A stretch of DNA of 63,633 nucleotides, filler included, from Intoshia linei (taxonomy: Eukaryota; Animalia; Orthonectida), in assembly GCA_001642005.1 (NCBI GenBank). It is 5 parts of 5 records of this genome, joined end to end, with 100 filler letters (N's around TTAATTAATTAA, not from the genome) between each part and the next. Parts side by side here need not be neighbours in the genome. Positions count along the whole stretch, not along the records: positions 1 to 24,923 come from LWCA01000515.1; positions 25,024 to 36,923 come from LWCA01001132.1; 3 more parts are not named here. One strand, 5' to 3'. Of the stretch, positions 13,801 through 27,949 are shown piece after piece; positions within the stretch are counted from its first letter, which is position 1; every line of letters begins with the position of its first letter. Under the pieces are notes generated by a model. That model was not told the DNA's origin, made no database searches, and saw only the letters and a list, made by a program, of their open reading frames with translations. Both the position numbers and the translations under genes were made by a program.

Positions 13801-16800
13801 AGTGTTCATATTCAACATCATATCAATCATATAAATATAGTGTTATATAAATTTTTTATTTATCGAATCGTATTTAGGACAAAAATTTTTCTTTTCATTT
13901 GTACATTTCACCTCAACACAATCCGATGCAGAACTCTACTATGTACTTTAGACTATTATAATAATAGTACTATAGTAGTATCTATGAAGTATGTACTATG
14001 TATTATAAAATTATCATTTTGTAAATAATATTTTTGTATCGGTCAAAATTCTGTGGATTGGGCGTGTTGCAGCGTTCAATCACAAGCAGACACAGTATAG
14101 TAAACACTCAAAAAGTGACCACTTTTTTGGGCAAGTAGTCACTTTTTCCACTAAAGTTAAAATTATCTCATTACTATAGTTACATATTATTTAACATACA
14201 GTATTCATTTTACATACCATACATTTATCATTTTAACAATAACTGAAACAGAAGCTGATTGATTAATCGACTAAAATTATTAATTACGTTGATTATCACT
14301 TTGAAAATATATTAAAAATAAGACGAGAAATTTCTAAGCTAATCATATATTATTTGTCGATTATACAAAAATATTTCAGAGTGGTTTCATTTGAAACACC
14401 TGTTTTGCATAATTTCTAGGATTATTAAATATTGCATAGATTCCATCCTTTCTGAATTCTTCAAAATCTTCCAATTCTTTATTTTCTGCTATATTGATAT
14501 TTTCAATAACGTCATTAATTTAATCTTCAATAAAATTGACATGTTTTAATTTATATTTTTGGTCACTTTTGGGAGGTGGTCACCTATACGAAATGGTCAC
14601 TTTTCGAGTGTCTACTGTATATACATATTTATCAAAAATATTTAATATTCAGTATAATAATAGTCCCAGTATTTAAAAAAATTATTCGGATACTGTTTAT
14701 TCCATTTAATCTCGAGAAAAAATTTGAACCTGACGTTCTACGTTTTTCTCAGAATCATGAATTGAAATATAACTTTGTTAAAATCATTTTGAAATTTATT
14801 TTAATGGTTGGTTATTTACTTCACCGATAAATGTTTTTAAATGGGCTAATTCCATCATTATTGATACAGAATATTTTATACTTATAAAATCTTATACTCT
14901 ATATATTTTTTCATTGTTGTTATGGGAAACCTAGTAGTATGTACTTAATATATTTATAATTTTATTTTTTCTGTTACTTTATCTATACAGGTATTTATGT
15001 GTATTTATTTAGGTCGATACTTAGGGTTATGATTAACCGTAGTATTACTTTATTGTTTGCTAGTCTGTTACAATATCAAAAATTCTGCCATCGACAGAAC
15101 TAGCTATTGTTGGTACGAATTAATCATACTTGTCGGTTGGTCAAGCTAGTCATAAATAAAACAATATAAGATTACCACAATTTCGTTGATTGCAGTATTG
15201 ATATTTGTATCATCATTGCATTGATGAAAATGTTGGATTTTTTGATAAATAATTTTCATAAAATTTTTGATATTTTCTTGAGTGAATAAAATTTGTTCTG
15301 AAAAACAAACCTTGTTGCGTAAAAAGCAATATTTATTTGAAATTTCGATAATATTGACAAAAATGGAGGTGGGTGTTTTATTTGAAGCAATAAAATGTGT
15401 AATACCTTTAAAATTTTGCCATTTATCCAATGAAGAACCAAAAAATTCCTTAACATTAGAACAATAAGTACTTGAAAGCCAATCTGTACAATCCAAAATA
15501 ACTTTAATATTGTTTCGAACTTTAGAATCTGAAATAATTTGAAAATCTGTTATCAAAAATTTAATTTTCTGATCAAAATGGATAAAATAATTTGGAATAC
15601 ACCTCTTATTGTCCCAACCAAGTAAATTCATAAAGGAATAATCATTTTTCCCATTACATGTATTCATATCTATACTCGCATTGTACGTATTGTTTAATTG
15701 CAAATGGCTATTTTTTATTGATCGATTATCATGCAAATTCATAGCAGATATTGATGTCGTTTTATTAGAGAAAGTGTCTAATGCAAGAATATGTAATACA
15801 AAGTTGTTATCAGTGTGATTAAAACTAGCCATCTTGTTTTCTGTTGAATGTTGTGATTTTGAGACAATTTTAGTGCTCTTGTACCTTACATGTGAGTTAA
15901 TTAGTCCTGTTTCATTATTGATTTGATTTATTCGAGATTTTTTTAATTTTCCAGATTTATTATTGCTACATTGAAACACATCAAAATTGGTCAAATTAGA
16001 TTTAATCAATAAATTTAAAAGTACATTTTCATGAATTTCTACAAAACTGTTTTGTAATTTTCCAATTAAATTTTTACAACAAGAAATAAATTCAATAAAA
16101 CACTTTGAAAATTTTTTATATGTTTTAGTTTCCCGTTTTTTCAATTTATAACATTTTTTGCTATTTGATTTGTATATATTTTCAGTAGAATAAAATTGGC
16201 GTGAATAGTTATTATTATTCAATAGGGATATAATTGAATCGTATGGGATATACGATAAATCGGAAATGCTGCAAACGTTGCATAGATCGTGCAAAATTTT
16301 TTTATTGTCATTATTTAATTTCTGGTTTCGTAAAAATTTCATAATGTTTTCTATAATAGACCATTGATTATAGTTTAAATCAATTTTGGTATTTTTAAAA
16401 TTATAATAATGATTTTGGTAGGATTTTTCATTTTCTAGATAATTTGAATAAATGGAACGTATTTTTGCCATATCAGTATAATATGAACATTTTTCGAGAA
16501 ATTTTAAATTTACATTGGTTAATCTTGTGTGAGGAAATGTACCTGGTTGTAGTAAAACTTTATTTTCATTGTGATACGAGTATTCGCTCATATATCTTTT
16601 TATATAATTTATATCTTGAGAATTTAAAAATATTTCGTAATTATGATCAGGAATCGTCGTTTCGTTATCTTCGTATATTGTTGAATAGAATGAAACTGAA
16701 TGACATGGTTTGGTATTGTAAAAAAAATTTTTATTGGCATAGACATGTTCAAATACGTTGGGAAAGTTTACTTCCATGTTTAAGTTAGTAATGTTACTTG

Positions 16801-17330
16801 TATTATCATCAAATATATCTTTAGCTACAAAATAATTTGATTTCCAGTAATCCCTTGGACTCATCATGTGAGATATCCACACAAAATATATGTCTACTGG
16901 TAGAGCACATTTTTCTTTTGAAAAATACTTGTAAAGTCCACGGAAATTTTTATATTTATCTATCGAACGTTTTAAAAAATACTCTGATTCATAATGTTTA
17001 AATTTGATTGATTCTATGAATACGCTCAATTCGCAAAGTGGTACATACCAATTATATGTTATTTCAGATATTATTGATGTATACAATATATTTTTTATTT
17101 CCTTTTTTTCTATACTGTAGTTTGGAATTTCACTATTACGATCAAAATTTTTTACCATTTGTTCGGGGATATGATCTGGTATTTTTACAAGTTTGTAATA
17201 TAATAAATAAAATTCCATTGCTTTGTAGCTATATGGTTGTAACATGTGAAGTATCCATACTGTATACAAATTTGAATCTATTTTATCAAGTGGGTAATTA
17301 TCTTTTCCGCACAAGAAGTGGTATACATAC
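7870..17330 (-). CDS. DUF1399 / glycine-rich-domain-containing protein (GRDP)-like gene, multi-exon; outer boundaries approximate
   Basis: An exon of about 2.15 kb carries both GRDP repeats (LYTVWILHMLQPYSY; FLKRSIDKYKNF...LPVDIYFVWISHMMSPRDYW). Phase-compatible downstream exons at about 11500-11291, 11207-11051 (..ATAIALNEKYLPMKNQ) and 8917-8562 (..HFLINGIQGRWCILTG..). A possible 5' exon lies near 17870-17990. Confidence 0.7.
9198..9554. mobile_element. hAT/Charlie-type MITE
   Basis: CAGAGGTGTC...GAAACCCC termini with repeated GCGGGCCGCA subterminal motifs. Confidence 0.7.
10180..10612 (-). mobile_element. Non-autonomous Helitron-like element (internally deleted copy)
   Basis: Both family ends present on minus: TC..TTATATAA..GTGTGTGT 5' end and degenerate GTACA/CTAG hairpin 3' end. 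Confidence 0.6.
14098..14617. mobile_element. pogo/Tigger-like MITE
   Basis: TA|TAGTAAACACTCAAAAAGTGACCA ... TGGTCACTTTTCGAGTGTCTACTG|TA inverted termini. Confidence 0.75.
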
Positions 17331-18075
17331 CTAAATTTATTAATTTTAATTATATTTGTTATTTTGAAACTATAAACATATTACCAACAATATTATATAG
17401 GTGTTATATACATATATATACATTAGGGCCAGCCATGTCTGACTAAAATACGTGGCGGACCGCATCATAAAAATTTTTCTAGCATCAATTTTTCAACCTA
17501 ACCTAATATCAATCGAAATCATTGTTTAATACACAATGAGTATTTGAAAGTGACGTCAATCCAGTTAATGAATGGACTTTATAAATTCAATGTACAATCA
17601 ACATACATAATTTTTTAAATAAGCGTATTCTTCTGGGGATATCAAAACATTTTTAAAAATCATACTATATTTTGTTAATAATTAATTCATACATATAAAA
17701 ACCACTATTTTTTCAATGTTAGTTTACTAACGTGTTATGCACCACCGCCTATGATGCTATCGCACATTCTTTATTATGCATGTGGTCCACAGTCAAAAAA
17801 TTTTGACAACTACTGGTTTAAACAATGAACTGGATAATAGTTTGTTAATGTTAAAAAGAAATGTTTTACTTATACTCAATTTTACAGTAGATGAGAGAAT
17901 TTCGTCAGTTAATGGATTTCTGTATATTTTTTTCGTTAATTTCATAGATGAAAATAACTGCTCGCATACCATGTAGAGCCAAATACAGCTACTATTTTAA
18001 TTTCTAATTATCAGCTGATTGAATGCTAATTGATTGATTGATTCAATGATTGGAAGCTTGGAATACACTTTAGAT

Positions 18076-18610
18076 CAGTGTTTCCCAACCTTTTAAGTGT
18101 CATGCCCCACTTTTATCTTTACGAAATTTCTAGGCCCCACCATAATTTATAACAAATAATTACATGTTGTGACCTAACAGATTTTTTTTTTTATATATTA
18201 CTGCGCAAAAAACTAGAGTAAAATTACAATTAAATATACATAAATAGAACATACAATAAACCCAATTAATTTATGATTTTTGAGTTTGGTGTAAACATTT
18301 TTAGTCTATCAAAAATATGTGAATTTACCAAAGTTTAGTTTATCTTGTTCAAAAATTATCATTGCTGTAACTTTACCTGGTAAAGATTACCCTGTATTTC
18401 AATAGTAGTTATAACTTATAAGTTATCAGAATATATAACATTATATATATCAGAATGAATAAATTATTATGATTAATCAGGGTTGCCGACTGCGTTATTA
18501 ACTAATAAATGATAACTAATCAATTATTTTGTTTTCTAAAATTTTTAAAGCCTAATTTAATTTTCACAAGCCCCACTGGTGGGGCGTGCGCCCTACGTTT
18601 GAAATCACTG
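18076..18610. mobile_element. hAT/Charlie-type MITE
   Basis: CAGTGTTTCCCAAC...GTTTGAAATCACTG termini with GCCCCAC subterminal repeats. Confidence 0.75.
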
Positions 18611-20047
18611 GTTTAGTACTTCGTATAAACAGAACCTATCTCTATAGAGAGCTGAATTTTTTATTTCTATCAAAAAAATACAATTTTGCATCAATACATA
18701 AAAGCAAAAAACATAAAAAGGCTTCAATTTACTATTACGAATCCTTTAAAGAAGTGATTTTTAACCGTGTGACCACATTATTTGAATTTTTATTTTTAAA
18801 TTATAATTATAGCACATTTAATTATAACAAATGTTTTGTTGATAAAATAAGATGCCAAAAAAAATTTAAATAGTAAATTTCATTATTGATCATGATTCAT
18901 GAAAACCTAATTTTGTGAAATTAGCATGTATAATATACAATTTAAATAATATAAATAGCCAGAATTCGAGAAATTAAATCGTTAATAAAATCCAAAAAAA
19001 TTGACCTTAAAACAAATTTAAAAAAATAAACTGTATAACTAAACATGGAGAACAATATTATAAAGTCGGTACCACGTTTATAAGCTTAAACGCCAATTTT
19101 CGTTAAAATAAAGTTCAGTTTTAATTACTCCATAATATTTTTAAAGTAATATTTACAATGGCAAACGCAACTTGAATAGATAGCGTCAAATGTTTTTGAT
19201 TGCGAATTAGTCTTTCTATTTTAAAAATACACACTTTCAGTGCTAATTGTCCATTGAATTCTAAAATTTTCGAAAAAACGTGACACCTTAACATATATGT
19301 ATGTATAACATACATAATTGTATGTCATTTTTTAACCATAAATCATATTTATTGAGGTTTACTACAAGGGTTCATTATGACGTAAAATATACATTTATTA
19401 GAATTTTAACGGGTTTTATTTATCTCTAAAAGTTGTAGATAACCCAATGTTTTAGTAAAACCCAAAATAATTATAATTCGATTAAAATGCAATTTTAATT
19501 GAAACCCCATTTTGTTGATACATATAGTTTTATTTACAATTAATCAATACTTTTACGTATATATTATATCTTAAGAGCTAGCTGCTGTTTGTACCAAGTA
19601 GATAACAGTCAAGCTAGTTTTTAATAAAATTCAATCAAATTTAATAAAATTAATTGGTTCAGTATATTTATAATGAAATCAATATTTAATTAAATTAGAC
19701 ATCCGGGATATAGTTGAATCTGTTTAGTCTGTTTTTATTTACTTTATATTGGCTTGGTCTACCATATTTCTATCGACTTCAAACTGTCGATAATAAAGAT
19801 TCATTTAAAAGTTTTCATTTACTGGGATTCTTGACTTAATAGTATACAAGTTATTTCCATTGAGAATATGGATACCTTAGTGTGTCTGATGATGTGTTTT
19901 GAAGTTAAAACTTTTTATAAAATGAACAATATTGATTGTGTTGAAAAAATATAACCAGTCTACAGGTTTATTGTACTACAGTAGTTCCCCGCTATAAGTT
20001 ACATTGTGAGATTGAATATTTACCTCACATAATTTATTAGTCATAAT

Positions 20048-21830
20048 CAGGGTGGTACCAGCAATGCTGTATTTTTCTATCCGTACAATAAGTGCTGTAC
20101 ATTTTTACAGCAAAGCATTGCTGTATTTTCAGCAAAAATTACAGCAATATTTTACAATCAAAATCATGTAATTATCATCTCACTTCCTTAAAAAAAAATC
20201 TTAGGATTCATAAAATGTTATCAAGCAATTGATAAACTAATATGACTAATCATTGTTTCTAGAAAAACCCGCTGACTCCATTTTCTCTATATACCAACCG
20301 ATCAAAAAAATTTTTTCTCCAATATTCCAACAATTGATAAACAAGTTATAGCCGCTGTGGCTTCCAGTCATATACTTTCATTTTCCATATTTGAGATCCC
20401 ATATGGCAGTGGGCATATCCAATAACATGCAAATTGAGGTTCAATATAGCCTCAAGAGTTAAAACGATGGTTAAGAAATTAAGAGAGTCAGTTGAGGAAC
20501 GATTAAATCAAAATTTGTAAACATTATGATGGATGGATGGAAAAATAATGTTACCAAATTATACCATCTCTGTTATATTGTTTATTCCGATTGCTTATAC
20601 CAGGGGTTCCCAAAGTAAGTGATATCGCTTCCAGGGGGGGGGCGATTAATTCAGTATAGGGGGTGGCGATTATAAAAACACTGTATACCAAAAAACTATT
20701 TTTAATGAATAGAGTGGAGCGTTGATGAATTTTTTGGTTGTCAGGAATATTTTTATAGCAAGTTTGGGATCCACTGATATAAAAAGTGACAGTAATAAAT
20801 ATATTATTTTTTTAATTAACATAATTTTTTAATTATTAAATATTGAATAATGAGTAAATTTTTAAATATATATACGAAGTAGTCGAAAAATTTTTTAGGG
20901 GGCGTTGAGAAAATATATTGTTAAAAAGGGGGCGGTAGGCAAAATAAATTTGGGAACCTCTGGCCTATACTATATCAAAAGTCGTGATAAATAAGCAGAA
21001 TTCAGAAAACATTTTTATTTTATTAGATTTTCTTTTAAAACAATTGAAAGATATGAATTGCAAGATAATTGGTTGTGTATCTGACAATGCTCCAAATATG
21101 ATAGAATGTATGAAACTAATGTCGACTAAATATCCGGATATAATACCGATACGATGTGAGGCACATATGTTGAATCTATTGGTAGGCGTTATATTGAAAA
21201 AGATTGATAACGTAAATATTACTTTTCAAAAATTTGAAAGTTACATTGAGAGTGGAATTTTGCCACGGTATGTCATAATTAGATGGAATTCAAGATATGA
21301 TATAATAAAGAAAACAATACAAATGAAAATAGGTTCAGAATCACTTATGTTAAATTTACAAAAAATTAATATAATTTTAAAAAACATATTAATAAATATT
21401 AATATAATTCAAAAAGATGACTACAAATATAATTTATTTGATTAATGCATATAAAACTAATAGAGACTTTTGATTAAAAAATTAACCTAAAGTGGTAGAT
21501 ACTGATACAATTGATAAACTAAAAGAAATTTGGAATTACAGATGGAATATAATAACTACAAGTAGTTTAGGAAAAATGTAATCTCATTTATCATTTTTTT
21601 TCCTAATTTATCAGGATATGCTCACATCCAATAAAAGTACTGAATATTTTTTCAAGGGTTGGGCCCATAAAATATTACCTGAAAGTAAAATTACAATGTT
21701 CGACGAAGAGTTTAATGAAATTTTCAATTTAAATATATTTGAAATGGAAATTGATATTGATTGTTTTCCAATTCATACTATACTAAAAAATTGCTGCACC
21801 GGTACAGCAGCCGCTGTTGCTGTTACCAAC
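20048..21830 (+). mobile_element. Degenerate hAT transposon with transposase pseudogene, interrupted by a MITE
   Basis: CAGGGTGGTACCAGCAA left end; MDGWKN, IIGCVSDNAPNM, RCEAHMLNLLV and RWNSRYD motifs; TTGCTGTTACCAAC right end. Confidence 0.85.
20601..20962. mobile_element. hAT MITE nested in the transposase, 8-bp TSD
   Basis: CAGGGGTTCCCAAA...TTTGGGAACCTCTG; flanks GCTTATAC and GCCTATAC. Confidence 0.9.
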
Positions 21831-22095
21831 AATTCCACACAGTCTTGGTTATAATTAATATACATCAAGTTATAAGCACATTACACTATAATTTATACTA
21901 TTTACTATATACTCTCTATAGAAAACAAATTAGTACAATATCAAAATTAGTAAACCTTCTTAAGAATGTATAAAAGCTTGTTATAACCATTTTGGTAAAA
22001 TTCGAAAAGACTTTAATATAAGATTTAACTTTTTCACTGTCTGTGTATTCTATACTATATACAGCAATTTCACTTCACACGTCTGTTTATTTTAT

Positions 22096-22624
22096 ATATA
22101 TGCCGTATAGAATGTGTACAACTGTGAAATGTACCCATTCCACGGGCAAGTCGTAGAATGTACACATCTTATGGATAAGTCGTACTGTATACAGTACAGA
22201 TTAACGTAACAAGGCAGGATATATTATTAAGATAAAAAATAATTAATCCAATTTATGAAATATAAAATTTATAACTGGAAACACGATATTTGACACAAAA
22301 ATCATTGATAATTTAATCAATTATTTTGTTTTGTAAAAATCTTAAAAACCCTTCTTGAAAGTTTGGTTCAAAAAAAATCGTAATTAAATAGTTTGATATT
22401 AATTAAATAAAAGTTTTACAAATTTTAACCAAATGCCAATTAATTTTAAAATAAACATGAGCTATTTAATTTAACTGAATTGGTAAATTCGTTGTTAGCA
22501 AAGCATCAATTATGTATCTAACTCTGAATTGGCGTCTAAGACACATTCTTAGTCAAATACATTCTACGACTTGCCCGTGGAATAAGTAAATTTCACAGTT
22601 TTACACATTCTATGCAACATATAC
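22096..22624. mobile_element. MITE with terminal inverted repeats of about 65 bp
   Basis: ATAGAATGTGTACAACTGTGAAATGTACCCATTCCACGGGCAAGTCGTAGAATGTA is mirrored at 22558-22615. Confidence 0.85.
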
Positions 22625-24923
22625 ACAGCATAATTTTGAAAAACATTATTCTCTTATTTTCATACATTGTCACATAAATAATTTAAAAATAATACAAGTT
22701 TAAATTAAAACATAAATTCCAGGCGTGTGGTGATGCATCATAAAATAGTATTAGACAGTGAAAGGGTTAAAGATATCATAGAAAAAATGTTTCCGATGTG
22801 GTTTTTTGATATATCTAATTTTGAACCAAACAATGATATGGATGTCATAATTGTTAGATTTAAAAGAAAATATAGAAAAAAAAGTAATACTGGGAATAAA
22901 TCAAGCATTTCTTCCTGATATTAGAAGACATTTTCCAGTTCATTGATTAAATCTGTGGTTTTGAAACGTTTTTGACAGTGAACCACTTGTAAAATAAAAA
23001 ATTACGGTAATGTCGTAGGCTATTACGCATATCATTAGTAGGTTAACATTGACAAAACAGATGGTTTTTGTATCAATTAATTATTAACAAATCAAATTAT
23101 AAGTAAACTGATATTTGAATTTACTACATTGGAAGCCCCCCGAAATAAAATAAAAATAATCCTGTATGAAAATAAACAATCCAATTTATAATATATAACA
23201 TAAAGCATTTTCAAACTATCCAAATTGGACAGAGAATGATGTGTTATACTGAGTACATAATATTAAACATAACATATTATACAATAACTCATTAATTTTA
23301 TCCACAATTTTTCGTCAAAGTTAATTAAACCCACTTTTTAATATAATTACCACCCCGTTGTACCATATGAATTGTTTATTATGTATTTATTAATTTACTT
23401 TATATATTATATGGCATTATTCACTTGAAAAGTATACATATACACTTACAGATGCAAAAATTAGCATATTTATAGATTTAATGGAAAATAATTAAATTTT
23501 TTATGTGTATATTTTACTCTTAGTAAAACTACCCAATTCTACAGACTAATTTTAACCTGATTACAATTGACGTAAATTGTGTGTAATTGAATATGATAAA
23601 AATACTAATTTTTAGTATACAGATATACAGTGTATAGATTCTATAAAAATTAAACATATTCTACTATTTCTATATGCTCAATATCACATGAAATTATAAT
23701 TATGGTTTTTATATTGATAATTACATGTATTTTCACTAATATTTGACAGGACTAATCAACAAGATATAAAATTTTTAATAAATATTGTTATAAATTAAAT
23801 TATGTAATTTTAGAATACAATGAATAATAGCATATTTTGAACACCTTAGAAAATTATATAAATACCCATAATGTTACTACAAATTGTTCAATTTCGTATT
23901 TTTGCAAATGTACATTTTACCTATACGTATATGTATGCTTATGGTATTATACTGTATATGTAACATATTATAATGCAAACATTTTTATAAAAACCGTTTT
24001 ATCGTAGATTTGAATATATTTGGATCATTGAGTATTCTTCGAATATTTATTTTGATTAAAATTTGACGAGCAGCGCTTAAACAAGATATCAATTTTTTAT
24101 AATCAAAATACATTTACCATATATTTAAAATGACATCATTTCGAAATTTCAAATTATTGATTAGATAAAGTTGATGATTATTATTTAATGATTTTTAATA
24201 AAACTACATTTTTAAGTAAAACTACAATTTGTTACAAGTATGATGTAAAATGATGATTAATATCGACTAATTCAAAATAATCAGATTTATAATGATATTT
24301 TAACTATTTATACCAATTGAAAATTACATAATGCAACAAAATACTGAATCAATATCAAACCCAGTACATCATTGTAGTGTTTCAATACATTGACATTTTT
24401 AATTATATACCTTGAGTTTAATTAGGAACTGAATATATGAATGTTATGTACTGTGTACATTATATATTTACCCATTATAATTATCCAGTTAATTCCCAAC
24501 ATGTATGTTTAATAGGGTGTCCACTTTTTAAACTTTCCGTTGAATTAACAAAAGTATATTTTACTGAGCGTTCGAAATGTAATTTATAACACAGTTACCG
24601 ATTAAATTGTATCTAGTTTTGTAATTTCCTTCGCCTATTTTTTTTAAACCTTTTTTATAAACATAACAGAAGAATTTTATTATTGTTCATGTTTTTATAC
24701 CTATATACATTTAAATAATATTTAAATAAGGTAAAATAACTATTAAATACGTATTTTTGACATGAAAATGGTATCAATGTTAATGTGAAAAAAATAGTAA
24801 ATATTTTAAGATATATAAAATAAATTTATGTATTTAAATGTACAATTTGCTACTACAATTTGTATTTAAATAGTATAAATAATGACCTCTAAAGAGAAAA
24901 GAGATATAATACTTTTTTACCCT

Positions 24924-25023
24924 NNNNNNNNNNNNNNNNNNNNNNNNNNNNNNNNNNNNNNNNNNNNTTAATTAATTAANNNNNNNNNNNNNNNNNNNNN
25001 NNNNNNNNNNNNNNNNNNNNNNN
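24924..25023. other. Assembly gap with TTAATTAATTAA linker (also 36924-37023, 49309-49408, 58240-58339)
   Basis: Four identical 100-nt blocks of N44-TTAATTAATTAA-N44. Confidence 0.98.
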
Positions 25024-26492
25024 AACAAAAAATAACTAAATTTAAGTTTATTTTCATGTTTTTCTTAATTTTTTTTTTACAAAAAGTAAAATTCCTACTT
25101 TGTTTGTGGAGAAAAATTAAAAATGTTTGTATATTTTAATAAAACGCGTTCAGCTGCATCATTTGCAATTTATTTTNAAAACGCGTTCAGCTGCATCATT
25201 TGCAATTTATTTTATTTTATAATAACGAAAATATTTTTTTTATAATTATAATTATTATGATCATTTTGTTTTGGGGTTTAAACAATGTTTGTGAGATAAA
25301 TAAATGTAGATACTTTTTCTAACTTTTTTAAAATGTTAATTTAATTTTAGAAGGCACCTTAAGATAGTCATAATACAACCAAAATTTTAGGTATCTTAAA
25401 TACACCAATAAAATAAATGATTTTATAAATTTTAATCTAAAATATATTATTCTAAATTTATTATTTATGCTAAAAAAACCGAACAAATTTAATTCTCGTT
25501 GATATTTTTAAGTAAAATTATGTGTAACTTCGTGCAAAACGTTAATACGTATTAACATTATTTATTAATCCGCATAAATATATTATACAAGATAAATTAT
25601 AAATTTTTATGTAAGTTTAGTTTTGACAATATACCATTTTCGATTTTATTTACCGTTGCACCATTATGTGGTATTATCATTATGGATTTGTACAATTTAT
25701 TAAACGTCATTTTGATCAAGAAATAATAGAATATTATGAAAATTATCATAGGAAATGTTTTCAAAAATACATTTGGTACTTCTGATAAACCAAATATTAT
25801 GAGAATAGATTTTATCACGATATTACAAAAATAAAGAATTAACCAATAAAGTATAAAATTGTAACCGATTAAACCGAAAGAGCCTTACAAAAATATTAAC
25901 GATCATTAAATTTGTACAAAAAAGAAGAAACTCAAAATACAGTGATGATTTTTAATATTTTCATATAAATGCTTGGATTAGTTACATTCCCGTTTATAAT
26001 ATATTTTGGGTTAAAATTTATAAAATCTTTTATTTTGTTGGTATATTGCATTAAAGATATATAACATTTTGGTTGGATTATGACAATCTTAAGTCTCTTA
26101 TAAAAGTAGACTAAAATTTTTGAAATGATAGACAAATTTCTACATTTAACTAACCACAAACACCACAACAAAATGATAAATATAGCTATAATTTGAAATT
26201 TTTTTTCATATTATAGAATAACGTCAATGGTGCATGACGCAGCTTAACATTATTAAATTTTCAACACAAAAGAAGCATGAATTTAAGTTTTTGTAAAAAA
26301 AAATTAAGAAAAACATAAAAATAAACTTAAATTTAGCTATTTTTTGTTAATTATTTAATTGATCAACGCTGAGTCATTAATAAGTATTTTTCAGAATTAG
26401 TCATCAAATTGTCATTTTTTTCAAATTACATCTAATCTACTTGGTAGGTTTTTGAATTTCTTAAAAAAAATATTTGATGTGACACCCTAATG
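25024..26492. mobile_element. Long-TIR element ending GACACCCTAATG; left end lost in the gap
   Basis: 25024-25095 is an inverted copy of about 26278-26348. The CAYTAGGGTGTC-like terminus recurs at about 24512, 36808, 49830, 51020, 53570 and 63033. Confidence 0.6.
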
Positions 26493-27159
26493 TATTCAAT
26501 AACAGTCACTTTAAATAAAAAATTGTATGGAGATAATTGTTTCTTTTTAACAGTCTTTACAAAAATATTCTACCAAAAATGAAAACATGACTTTACTATT
26601 TTGATGAAATTTTACCAAGTCATGTGGTAGATATGGTTTAAGTGGTCTTTTTTTGATCAATATGTATGCTTAATAAGCATTGCTTTATTTACTTAGTAAT
26701 TTTAAATTAAATCCTAGCCAGTTTACTTTTTATTGTTTTGTTATATTTTTGTACGGAATTTAACAAATGCCAAACGTCGACGTAAAAAATTTTTCCAAAA
26801 ATATTTCTACACTGTAACTATAAAATTGTAATATGTGACCTTATCTGTTCTTGGACGAAAAAACATAAAAAAAGTACTAAAATTCACACTTCTCATATAC
26901 ATATCTATAGTTAAAATAATATACCATTCCCAAATCGTATGATCTAAAAGAAATAATATTTCCACGTAGAATATATTTATATTTAATTCGGTAGTCTCTC
27001 TTTTTTTAATTAATTTTTTTATCAATCTTGGATTTCTTTTTGGGACATTGAAAGATTGATATCTAGCTAAAATAATATTTATATCAATTAGCATCAAAAA
27101 TTTGAAATTATAAACAGTATGGGTATTAACTTTTTTTTAAATCAAAAATACAAATAAAA

Positions 27160-27696
27160 AGTGATAATTGATCACATTGAAAATGACAAAATAGGTTTTT
27201 ACAATTTTATTTTTTCTGGAATTTATGCTATTTATGACAATTTTTAGGATGAGTGTTTTTACTTTATTGTTAAGATTATACAACTCATTCTGTCTAATAA
27301 ATTATTTCTTTAATTTTATTTTTTCTGGAATTTATGCTATTTATGACAATTTTTAGGATTGGACGTTTTTCTTTATTTTTAATATTATACACACATTCTG
27401 TCTAATAAATTAAAAACTGGGATAACAATTTTTGTTAAAATTCTTTACACAAATGTTAACAAAAAAAATTAAGATCTAATAATTCACTTTAAAGTAAAAA
27501 TTAAAAGTAAAGTAATGTGATATAATGGTTCTACCTGAAAAAAGTTTGGGAACCAATTCTTTAAATGATTGATAATAGTGAATAGTAGGATTTTTAAGTT
27601 AGATTTTCAATGTGAATTTATGTTGTTGGTAGAATAAAAATGTTTCCTCGACAGAGCTAGGTGCTGTTTGTACGCAGTACATAACAGTCAACCTAG
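27160..27696 (+). mobile_element. Helitron-like family, 3' half, with an internal tandem duplication of about 110 bp
   Basis: Ends CCTCGACAGAGCTAGGTGCTGTTTGTACGCAGTACATAACAGTCAACCTAG|T; about 27205-27303 is repeated at about 27314-27412. Confidence 0.75.
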
Positions 27697-27949
27697 TTAT
27701 ATATAACAAAATAAATCTGTAAGAAGATGTCCCTGTAAGAAAGTGTCCTGTACTCTAATATTATCATGTGCTATTATGCACAAATTGCCTCTACAATTTC
27801 AAATGCAAATTTATTATACGAATTGATTAACTTTGACTTAAAGGGGCTTCACTGTAATAATAAAATGTCTTGGAATTTTGCAAAAAGTGGCAATTCAACA
27901 GCTAAACATTTCGAATACAGAAATTGATTAATTAATAAATATACAATGT

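Noticed and set aside
15256-17334. Short ORFs overlapping the 722-aa exon, plus ORFs 7040, 31061, 39060, 56573 and 58660
   Set aside because: Antisense or off-frame shadows of real exons.
19880-19915. CTGATGA as a hammerhead ribozyme core
   Set aside because: No GAAAC-closed stem II or compatible stems I and III.
25140-25215. Exact tandem duplication of about 36 bp around a single N
   Set aside because: Typical unmerged contig overlap.
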